64,000 nt of DNA, taken from sequence record LR756502.1, one strand, 5' to 3'. Position numbers and translations under genes: made by a program. This document shows positions 26,951 to 34,525 of the stretch, in pieces (the first letter of the stretch is position 1; each line of letters begins with the position of its first letter). The notes below the pieces were generated by a model. The model saw only the letters and a list, made by a program, of their open reading frames with translations, was not told where the DNA came from and did no database searches.

Positions 26951-29001
26951 TAGAATTTATATGATAAACTTACATAATAGTTTCTTGGAGATCCAACATA
27001 ATATGATGATGTTGGTCCATTTCCATTAAATCCAACATATCCGGATGTGTAATATTTTTGACTTGTTAGGTTATTTACTGTTAATTTGAAACACACATTT
27101 TTAATATTTACTTGTGTGAAGATATCTAAAAGATAAAACTCCGGAGTAACAAACTTATCATTCTGTGTATTATCTAAGTATGACTTAGATACATATCTTC
27201 CATTTACTCCAATAGTAATATATTTGTAACTATAGGACATTGATGTATTGCTTATAATATTTGGTGTTAGTAAAGGAGATACGTTTTTGTATGTTATACT
27301 ATCAAAGTCCGTTGTGTATTCCTTTATTTTATTATATGAGTAGTTTACGTTCTGTGAGAACACAAACCCTTTTATTGGAGTCCAAAGTAGGTCAAACTCC
27401 ACACCACTTCTGAAAGAGCTTTTGACATTTTTTCTTAGAGGTAGTCCTATATAAGACATTTGTCCTATCTGAGCAATCTCATTCTTGAAGTCCATATAGT
27501 ATCCATTCAGATCAACTGATAACTTCTTTGATTTATATGAGACACCAATCTCAAAGTCAGCAACTTTCTCTGATTTAATATTTCGTATATCAATAGTGTC
27601 AACACCAAAACCAACATATTGATATTTGTTTATAGGTGAGACATCATCATATCCATTAAATAAGTCATTTCTTGTTGGTTCTCGATGATTTACACCAATT
27701 GATGTGTATATAGATAGGTTATCATTCTGATTGAATCTAAATCCGCCCTTTGGATTAAAGAAAGTGTAGTCTATATTATCTAATCTGTTTTTATTGGATG
27801 TATCTCCCGATGCGTATATAAATGTAACCGATCTATATTGTAAATCAATAAATGAAACCAACTTCTTTGTTAGATTGTAGTGTAGTTTCATAAATGATGA
27901 TATTTCGGTCTTATATCCTGTGTTATTATATAAATTGGTTCCGAAGTTTGGATAGTTGGACATCATGTGTGTTCTATCATAAGAGCTGGTATTTATTCCG
28001 AATTGGAACTTAACTCTATCCTTTGAATAATTAAATGTTGACATTATTCCGTAGAAGTTTGACTTCAATTTAAACTTATACATGTCATTTGTTGATGTAA
28101 TTGTATCTGGGAATAAAATATCATAATTACCATCAAGACTATTATAGAAAATAGAAGTGTTTAGGTATGAGTTTTTATCAATGTTAGATATCCACTGTAG
28201 TGATATTAAATGTTGATTAAATTTATCTTGCTCTTCCTTTGTTAGGTAGTTTGTTCTAGGGTCAACTTTAATATCTTCAATATTTGTGGCTAGATACGCC
28301 ATTCCATTATTAGACTGACCAGAGAATGCTGTTAGTTTAAGTATATTTTTATCACCATAGTATCCAGCTGACGCGAAGAATGTCCTTGAATCATTGAATG
28401 AGTTATATCTATACCCATCAGATCCAATCATTGAATATCGACCATATACAGCGAACTTATTTTTAATACCGGAGTTATATCCAACCGAGTTTCGGTATGT
28501 ATTATATGATCCATATCCTGTTTCAAGTGATGTGTAGTTTGAGTCTGTTAGATTTGGTCCCTCAAAATTAATAGAACCTCCATAAGACGATGACCCATAT
28601 GATGATGTTCCAATACCTCTTTGTATTTGTACTGAGTTTAGGTTCGATCCAAAGTCTGGATAGTTTGAGAAATATACTCCTTGGTCTTCAGGCTCATTTA
28701 ATGGAATTCCATTTAGAGTCATATTTATCCTTGTTTGGTCAATTCCTCTTATTCTAAAATATGTATACGAATTATATAAACCATTATCGGAGTTGGCTGT
28801 GATTGATGGTGTTTTTGATAGTATATAAGACATATCTTGTCCAGTATATTCCCTTTGAATATCAACCTTTTTTATGGTCTTTTGAGTAACTGGTGTCGAT
28901 TGATCAGCTCTTACTGATACAATCTGTACTTCCTTTAGAGTATCTTGTCCAAATGATAGAAGTGTTGTTATTACAAATAATATGGATAATAGTTTTTTCA
29001 T
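26950..29001 (-). CDS. TonB-dependent outer-membrane receptor
   Basis: Signal peptide; LKEVQIV TonB-box-like segment; plug motifs IRGIDQTRINMTLNGIPLN and QIQRG..S..YG...GGSINF; ends YVSLSYKF (beta signal). Confidence 0.93.
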   Translation of the reverse strand: MKKLLSILFVITTLLSFGQDTLKEVQIVSVRADQSTPVTQKTIKKVDIQREYTGQDMSYILSKTPSITANSDNGLYNSYTYFRIRGIDQTRINMTLNGIPLNEPEDQGVYFSNYPDFGSNLNSVQIQRGIGTSSYGSSSYGGSINFEGPNLTDSNYTSLETGYGSYNTYRNSVGYNSGIKNKFAVYGRYSMIGSDGYRYNSFNDSRTFFASAGYYGDKNILKLTAFSGQSNNGMAYLATNIEDIKVDPRTNYLTKEEQDKFNQHLISLQWISNIDKNSYLNTSIFYNSLDGNYDILFPDTITSTNDMYKFKLKSNFYGIMSTFNYSKDRVKFQFGINTSSYDRTHMMSNYPNFGTNLYNNTGYKTEISSFMKLHYNLTKKLVSFIDLQYRSVTFIYASGDTSNKNRLDNIDYTFFNPKGGFRFNQNDNLSIYTSIGVNHREPTRNDLFNGYDDVSPINKYQYVGFGVDTIDIRNIKSEKVADFEIGVSYKSKKLSVDLNGYYMDFKNEIAQIGQMSYIGLPLRKNVKSSFRSGVEFDLLWTPIKGFVFSQNVNYSYNKIKEYTTDFDSITYKNVSPLLTPNIISNTSMSYSYKYITIGVNGRYVSKSYLDNTQNDKFVTPEFYLLDIFTQVNIKNVCFKLTVNNLTSQKYYTSGYVGFNGNGPTSSYYVGSPRNYYVSLSYKF

Positions 29002-29012
29002 GTTTATTATTT

Positions 29013-29543
29013 TTAATTGTTTTTATCTTTGATATAATTTATAAATTTCATAATTCGTTTATCGTGGTTAAATGCGAAGTCATACTCACCTAAGTCTTTA
29101 ATGTTGACCCATCTAACATCATCAGTTTCGCCTTCTTCGCAGTATTTATTTGTTATGATTGGATCCTCCGCTGATGTGATTGATAGTCCAAAGTATAAGG
29201 CAACATCCTGATTATAATTTAGAGTTGGGTTTGTCACGATATCATATGGATATTTCATCATGTTAAACTCTATATTCTCTTCTGATATCTCCGTTATATC
29301 TAATCCAGTTTCCTCAAACACTTCCCTCATTGCACATTGTGTAGCACTTTCATTCCAATCTAAGTATCCACATGGATTGCACCATTTATTTGGTGATGAT
29401 ATCTTTGATCCTCTTTTCACAAGAAGAACTTTTTCATTATTCAATATAATGGTAGTTACTGTCGCAAGAGATCTAGAGATCCAATGAGCTTTACCACTAT
29501 CATCCTTTACTATATGATTTGGTTTATTTTCGAATTTTGACAT
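29013..29543 (-). CDS. Nudix hydrolase (ADP-ribose pyrophosphatase-like)
   Basis: Intact Nudix box GYLDWNESATQCAMREVFEETGL. Confidence 0.9.
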   Translation of the reverse strand: MSKFENKPNHIVKDDSGKAHWISRSLATVTTIILNNEKVLLVKRGSKISSPNKWCNPCGYLDWNESATQCAMREVFEETGLDITEISEENIEFNMMKYPYDIVTNPTLNYNQDVALYFGLSITSAEDPIITNKYCEEGETDDVRWVNIKDLGEYDFAFNHDKRIMKFINYIKDKNN

Positions 29544-29545
29544 AT

Positions 29546-29788
29546 TTATCTCTTTTGAAATCGGTTAGATATTTTACTATTTTTGGCAAAAATAGCACCA
29601 TCTATCTTCGAGAAAAACTTTTTAATCTTATCGAAAATGGATGGTGTGTATTTTTTTTCTTCTATTCCTAGAAGCTTATTTATGTGATTGTTTGCCTTAT
29701 CTGTCAGAATAGGTTCTTCTCCTTCTGAGAATATATTCTGTAATCTTTGATAGGGAGGTAATTTTTGAATTTCGTTTTCGTCGCTCAT
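29546..29788 (-). CDS. Hypothetical protein
   Basis: 80-aa ORF, first gene after a host-type promoter. Confidence 0.65.
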   Translation of the reverse strand: MSDENEIQKLPPYQRLQNIFSEGEEPILTDKANNHINKLLGIEEKKYTPSIFDKIKKFFSKIDGAIFAKNSKISNRFQKR

Positions 29789-29805
29789 AGTTTTACTTTG
29801 AATGA

Positions 29806-29836
29806 CAAATATAAGGATATTTTCTTTAAAACGAAA
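29806..29836 (-). promoter_or_regulatory. Bacteroidota sigma-A type promoter for the Nudix-TBDR-pnuC-nadR operon
   Basis: TTTC-N19-TATATTTG upstream of ATG 29788. Confidence 0.65.
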
Positions 29837-29838
29837 TT

Positions 29839-30300
29839 CTAAGACTTAAAATATAAATCAGATTCAGCTTGTCTCCTTTTTACTAATCCTGGTAATGTCT
29901 TTCCACCACCCTTAGTCCATTTACCAAACTCAACTTTAATAGACTCATCGATTGGATTGATATTTACCTTCTTTAGTAGGGTTGAACTTTTTAGATTCTG
30001 AGGTCCTAGGTTATAACAAAAGCTAACTAGAGCATCAAATTGATTTTGATTTATATCATCTCTACAAAATGAGTCAACATATTTTTCAAACGATGATAAC
30101 ATGTCTTTTAATAGTTCGGTTGCTCTTGCTTCTGTTATTTCTGGATCGGATAGTGTTACCTTTTTACCATTTCCGTAAAATGTTGCTCCATATCCAATTG
30201 TTGGTATATTTGCTGGACATAGATAAGGTTTCCCTTTGAATCCTTCAAATTGTTTTATTAGTGATATGCATCCTTCACTAGCTTTTACTATTTTTGCCAT
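29839..30300 (-). CDS. Lysozyme/endolysin (GH24 muramidase)
   Basis: IKQFEG...YLCPANIPTIGYG, NQNQFDALVSFCYNLG and LPGLVKRRQAE; CAATATATA late-like motif upstream. Confidence 0.93.
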   Translation of the reverse strand: MAKIVKASEGCISLIKQFEGFKGKPYLCPANIPTIGYGATFYGNGKKVTLSDPEITEARATELLKDMLSSFEKYVDSFCRDDINQNQFDALVSFCYNLGPQNLKSSTLLKKVNINPIDESIKVEFGKWTKGGGKTLPGLVKRRQAESDLYFKS

Positions 30301-30345
30301 AAAATAAACTTTTCTTTTATATATTGAAAAGTTTATCGTATCCTA

Positions 30346-30507
30346 TTAGTCAATAATCTTATTGATTATTCTGATTAATTTTTCTTGATCACTCTTATCT
30401 AAAGATGTATTGCAAAGAAATAGATCTATTTCCTTTATGAACTTATCGTTGAATCTTTCTGATAAATTTTTCTTTACTGAATCGTTTGTTGGTTTATATT
30501 TTTCCAT
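30346..30507 (-). CDS. Small hypothetical protein, 53 aa; not in ORF track
   Basis: MEKYKPTNDSVKKNLSERFNDKFIKEIDLFLCN...IINKIID; start overlaps the upstream stop (TAATG). Confidence 0.55.
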   Translation of the reverse strand: MEKYKPTNDSVKKNLSERFNDKFIKEIDLFLCNTSLDKSDQEKLIRIINKIID

Positions 30508-31172
30508 TATAATATACTTTCTATTTTTATGTCCCTAATAATTGATAAGAATATTGATGGTGAATCCTTGCTTATTGAATCTAATATCTTTTGCCTTGAA
30601 AAGAATCCATCAAATATGTTATTTGGTGTTCCTGTATGTGTAAATCCGGATTGAATTGATAAAAATAAATTTGGCTTTATTCTTATAATATAAGATCTCT
30701 GTGGTTCATCAAACATTAGTATATATGATTGGTCATAGTCTAGACCAAAATTGAACTCTCTGTTTGGTGAAAATCCTATCTTTTCGAGAAAGTCTGTTAC
30801 TATTTTATATTTTCTATACTTATTTGTCTCCTTCGTCTCTGTGTCGTAGTAAGAGAACCTTGATGGCATTTCGCGGAAATATAACTCTGTACCAATGTGG
30901 AATTTATCATCATCAGATACTAACTCATCTAGTAAAATTTCCCTTTTCTCCTGCTTGTTTAGTGTGTATCTACTTTTTATTAGGTTTGATATTGATCTAT
31001 CAAATATGAAATATGTCTCATTGTTTTCGATTGAAAGTTCTTCACATCTATCAATAAGATATTTTGGTATATCTGATTTTTCATATATCAAAACATCTAA
31101 CTCTTTTGACTCTGATTGATATCCTGTTGACTTAATTGATATGTTAGATTGTGTAGCCGCGTTCATGATCAA
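30507..31172 (-). CDS. Hypothetical protein with C-terminal IRDIKIESIL motif
   Basis: 221-aa ORF. Confidence 0.7.
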   Translation of the reverse strand: MIMNAATQSNISIKSTGYQSESKELDVLIYEKSDIPKYLIDRCEELSIENNETYFIFDRSISNLIKSRYTLNKQEKREILLDELVSDDDKFHIGTELYFREMPSRFSYYDTETKETNKYRKYKIVTDFLEKIGFSPNREFNFGLDYDQSYILMFDEPQRSYIIRIKPNLFLSIQSGFTHTGTPNNIFDGFFSRQKILDSISKDSPSIFLSIIRDIKIESIL

Positions 31173-31365
31173 ATCTTATACTTAAGAAGTCGTTCAAAGT
31201 TTTACACTTTTCATATTCTTCTTTCTCCTCAAAATGATCTATTACTTTTTTAATAAACTCCTTTGTATATGGTTTGAATGTATCATCAAATGGTTTATTA
31301 ATTTGACTTATCTGAGCAATTCTATTATAACAATCATTCATTATATTATCGATAATACTATCCAT
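31144..31365 (-). CDS. Small protein with UVR-like motif
   Basis: DHFEEKEEYEKCKTL; 73 aa. Confidence 0.65.
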   Translation of the reverse strand: MDSIIDNIMNDCYNRIAQISQINKPFDDTFKPYTKEFIKKVIDHFEEKEEYEKCKTLNDFLSIRFDHERGYTI

Positions 31366-31978
31366 TGTTATGATTTTTAAGAAATTCCTTTTCTTTCTTT
31401 GTTAAATTATCATATCCAACTTGGCCTATCCTATCAAGTACGTTATCTAGTGATAGTTTGCTATTATTATCATCAATTATCTTATCAATGTCGGACTTTT
31501 GATCATCCATTTTTTTTATTGGTAAGTGTTGGATAGATATTTGAGAATTTATACTCAACATCCTTTCAAACTCATTTTTGGAGAATGTGATTCCTAAAAC
31601 ATCCACTGTGTCATTAATTTCCTTTCCAAACTTTATTTTTATTGATTTAATTATATCATTAATTGTTTCATTTGGTGAAGTTGATGTGTATATGCATTTA
31701 TTTTCCTTAAATATGGCGATATCCTTCTTATCCATCATGTACACTACATCTACATTACCATGATCCTCTATCGATGTTAGTATATAGACCGTTTTGTTTA
31801 TTCTGCTCTTAAAATTACACTTACCTGATCTAATATTACTCAATACCTCTGAGTACTGCTTAGATGCGTCCGCTAGTATCTTTTTATTCTTTAAAAATTC
31901 ATTTTTCTTTACTGTTATGGATTTAGCCCACCATCCAGTAACTAACCCAAGACATAATGTAATAATTAATATTTCCAT
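31358..31978 (-). CDS. Membrane-anchored protein with C-terminal DUF6576-like motif
   Basis: N-terminal TM helix; LDNVLDRIGQVGYDNLTKKEKEFL. Confidence 0.7.
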   Translation of the reverse strand: MEILIITLCLGLVTGWWAKSITVKKNEFLKNKKILADASKQYSEVLSNIRSGKCNFKSRINKTVYILTSIEDHGNVDVVYMMDKKDIAIFKENKCIYTSTSPNETINDIIKSIKIKFGKEINDTVDVLGITFSKNEFERMLSINSQISIQHLPIKKMDDQKSDIDKIIDDNNSKLSLDNVLDRIGQVGYDNLTKKEKEFLKNHNNG

Positions 31979-31981
31979 AAT

Positions 31982-32230
31982 TTATTTTTTAATTTTCTGA
32001 ATAGATTTGAACTCCATTATTAGTTTATATGATAGTCTCCATAAGACAACAACCACTACCCACATCATAGAGGGTAGTGATGAGAATTTTGGTATAATTG
32101 AAAATGAGTCAACTATAAAAAATATACTAATGTATGGTATAATTATTATAGCTAGATAGAATAGGTCTCCTTTAATACCTGGTAGTTTTTCATACCACTG
32201 ATTTGTTTTTATAATAAATCTTGATATCAT
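31982..32230 (-). CDS. Small two-TM membrane protein
   Basis: 82 aa, two hydrophobic segments, basic C-terminus. Confidence 0.6.
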   Translation of the reverse strand: MISRFIIKTNQWYEKLPGIKGDLFYLAIIIIPYISIFFIVDSFSIIPKFSSLPSMMWVVVVVLWRLSYKLIMEFKSIQKIKK

Positions 32231-33366
32231 ACGTTGTATATTTTTTTTCTTATACTAACTAATAAAGTATTTATAAAATCCTCATCTACCGATTCTGGTA
32301 AATTTGATGACTTAAATAGATTGTCTATAACTACAATCTCCGACTCTACATCATTGATAAGAGTTTGTAGATCAACCTCGCCCTTCCTAATAGATATTAG
32401 CTCTTGTGCATTTGGTCTTTTTACGATAATACCTTTGCCTTCTGCTATCTCTCGAGCCATTTGCATAAGCCTTTTACAATGCATCATGTTCTTACCATCA
32501 ATTTTCTGACCATGAGATGAAACATCTACCCATCTAGACATATTTCTCTCATTTATCCAAGTTTCATATGACTTATAATCATTGCAGTGTTGAGTGTATC
32601 CATCTTTGTTATAACTAACTTGTCCAATTAACCATTCTTTTTCTTCTGATCCGAAATCTGGTACAGATGATAATCTAATATCATTAGAGTCTTCAAAGGA
32701 AATACCTTTAAATTTCATCTTAGGTATACCCATTTCTGTGAAATATTCGGGTTCATAGAGATCAGAGAAGTCATAGTAGAGAGCATATATATCTCTGGAA
32801 TGTGGAATTTTTACCAGACCACACTTTGACTGGTCCTTTTCTGATCTTTCTAGCCATTCAGATATCGGTGTTGTTTTAGATCCCTGAATCAGGTAGCAAA
32901 AGTCTAATGGGGTTTTGCGAGTTATCTTTTCTTTCTCCCAATTTTGTTTTTTGTTTTGACCCTTTGCTTTTTGAATTTGTGCCTTTGCATAACCACCAAA
33001 TGAATTAGCGCAGATTTTGGTGATGAACTTATCCCTGTTGGATAGAATTTCATCAAAGATTGGATCTTTATATAGGATACAATCTTCAGGTGTATTTAGT
33101 AGTTCTAATACAGTTGGGTTGTTTTTTTGTAGGAGTTCAAGAAATCTACGAACCTCATAAATGACCGTGTCATTTTTATCATCATTTATTTGCTCAATAT
33201 ATTTGTTACCGAGAATATCATCATGTGATTGTATAAATACCCCTGAATAATCAATATCGGATGTTGGTACCGATGTGCCATATGCATGTGACCCTCTTAT
33301 AACTAAGTATAGTGGTTTAGCGTTTGGTGATTTACTATTAATAAAATCTATTAGTTCTTGCTTCAT
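32227..33366 (-). CDS. Pol-beta superfamily nucleotidyltransferase (RlaP/YcgL-like)
   Basis: RGSHAYGTSVPTSDIDYSGVF (GS...DxD), NNPTVLELL and DGKNMMHCKRL motifs. Confidence 0.85.
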   Translation of the reverse strand: MKQELIDFINSKSPNAKPLYLVIRGSHAYGTSVPTSDIDYSGVFIQSHDDILGNKYIEQINDDKNDTVIYEVRRFLELLQKNNPTVLELLNTPEDCILYKDPIFDEILSNRDKFITKICANSFGGYAKAQIQKAKGQNKKQNWEKEKITRKTPLDFCYLIQGSKTTPISEWLERSEKDQSKCGLVKIPHSRDIYALYYDFSDLYEPEYFTEMGIPKMKFKGISFEDSNDIRLSSVPDFGSEEKEWLIGQVSYNKDGYTQHCNDYKSYETWINERNMSRWVDVSSHGQKIDGKNMMHCKRLMQMAREIAEGKGIIVKRPNAQELISIRKGEVDLQTLINDVESEIVVIDNLFKSSNLPESVDEDFINTLLVSIRKKIYNV

Positions 33367-33385
33367 ATTAAAATTAGATTATTCA

Positions 33386-33417
33386 CAAATATATAAAGAA
33401 ATGTTTATAATGCCAAA
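33386..33417 (-). promoter_or_regulatory. Bacteroidota sigma-A type promoter
   Basis: TTTG-N20-TATATTTG upstream of ATG 33366. Confidence 0.7.
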
Positions 33418-33434
33418 TCCGAAAAGTTCATTTT

Positions 33435-33443
33435 TAATATATA
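33435..33443 (+). promoter_or_regulatory. Putative late promoter TAATATATA heading the structural block
   Basis: Exact motif upstream of ATG 33466. Confidence 0.65.
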
Positions 33444-33465
33444 AGAAAATTATACTGTTCAATAA

Positions 33466-34497
33466 ATGTCATTAATTGGTACATATTCAATTACCGGTGT
33501 TACTCAATCACTATCCCATAGGTGGGATAATATTGATAACCTATTGGTTCAATTGCTTGATAATGCCGCTAATGAGATTGGTGCGAATGATATAAGAGAT
33601 TCGGTTTATACTCTATGGAAAAGGATAGATGATGTTCAGATAATGGCAAGTCAGTCCGCCTCAGCATCTACATATTATAGTAATTCTACTCCTGTTCCAG
33701 TAACAATTGGTGGGATATCAGCAGGAGTTACATTTAGTAATGCTTCAATGAGTGATATGTTTAATCAGCTTTTATATCCATATATTGCTCCATCCGCATC
33801 ACTTAGTATAACAACTACATCATATCAATATGGTGGTCCAACATCTTTCGTATTTAGTTGGTCTGTTACCGCCCATACAAATCCAGTTAGTCCAATTATT
33901 GTAAATGGTAATGTAAAGGCAGTGCCTGTTCCTCCAAATCCATCATCTGGTTCTCAAGCATTGACAGGAACACATTCGCTAACTCCTGGTATAAGCCAAA
34001 CAAATGTATTTGGTATGGTTTATGGTGACTCCGTTACAAGTGTAACATATAGTACAACCGCTACAATAACCTGGATGAATAAGAGATATTGGGGGTATAT
34101 TAATCTATCATCTCTTGGTAATCCAAACTTAACAACAAATCCAGGATCATCCTCACTGGTTGGTTCTTATATAACAGACGCTATGGTTAATAGTGGTGTT
34201 AATGGTGCAAGTGCTAATGGTGATTCAATATTAAATCCAAATAGTGGTAGGGAATTATCTATCACGAAAAATAAAACATATACTGGTATTAATGGAGCTG
34301 GAAACCACTTGTTATTTGCCTTTCCAACATCTTTCGGTACTCCTGCGTTTTCGGTTAATGGGTTACCAAATACTGCGTTTACAAAAGTAAGATCAAATTT
34401 GGCATTTACTAATGAAACTGGATTTAGTGGCACCAATTATGATGTTTGGGTAAGTAATACTTTACAAAATTCACCATTAAATATAATAATAAGTTAA
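33466..34497 (+). CDS. Virion structural (tail/baseplate-associated) protein
   Basis: S/T/G-rich beta composition; modules shared with 36966..38609. Confidence 0.65.
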   Translation: MSLIGTYSITGVTQSLSHRWDNIDNLLVQLLDNAANEIGANDIRDSVYTLWKRIDDVQIMASQSASASTYYSNSTPVPVTIGGISAGVTFSNASMSDMFNQLLYPYIAPSASLSITTTSYQYGGPTSFVFSWSVTAHTNPVSPIIVNGNVKAVPVPPNPSSGSQALTGTHSLTPGISQTNVFGMVYGDSVTSVTYSTTATITWMNKRYWGYINLSSLGNPNLTTNPGSSSLVGSYITDAMVNSGVNGASANGDSILNPNSGRELSITKNKTYTGINGAGNHLLFAFPTSFGTPAFSVNGLPNTAFTKVRSNLAFTNETGFSGTNYDVWVSNTLQNSPLNIIIS

Positions 34498-34525
34498 TTA
34501 TGATAGTTGAAAAAAATAATAAAGC

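Noticed and set aside
25425-29543. Host chromosomal fragment or chimeric assembly around the TonB receptor
   Set aside because: Composition, gene packing and promoter style are continuous with the flanking phage genes, and no integrase, att site or IS ends are visible
28990-29840. TPP or NAD riboswitch upstream of the TonB receptor/pnuC
   Set aside because: Only 11 nt separate the Nudix stop from the receptor start, and the operon leader is under 20 nt
31982-32230. Holin call for the 82-aa two-TM protein
   Set aside because: The topology fits, but it lies in a host-promoter (early) operon, is not adjacent to the lysozyme and has no diagnostic motif
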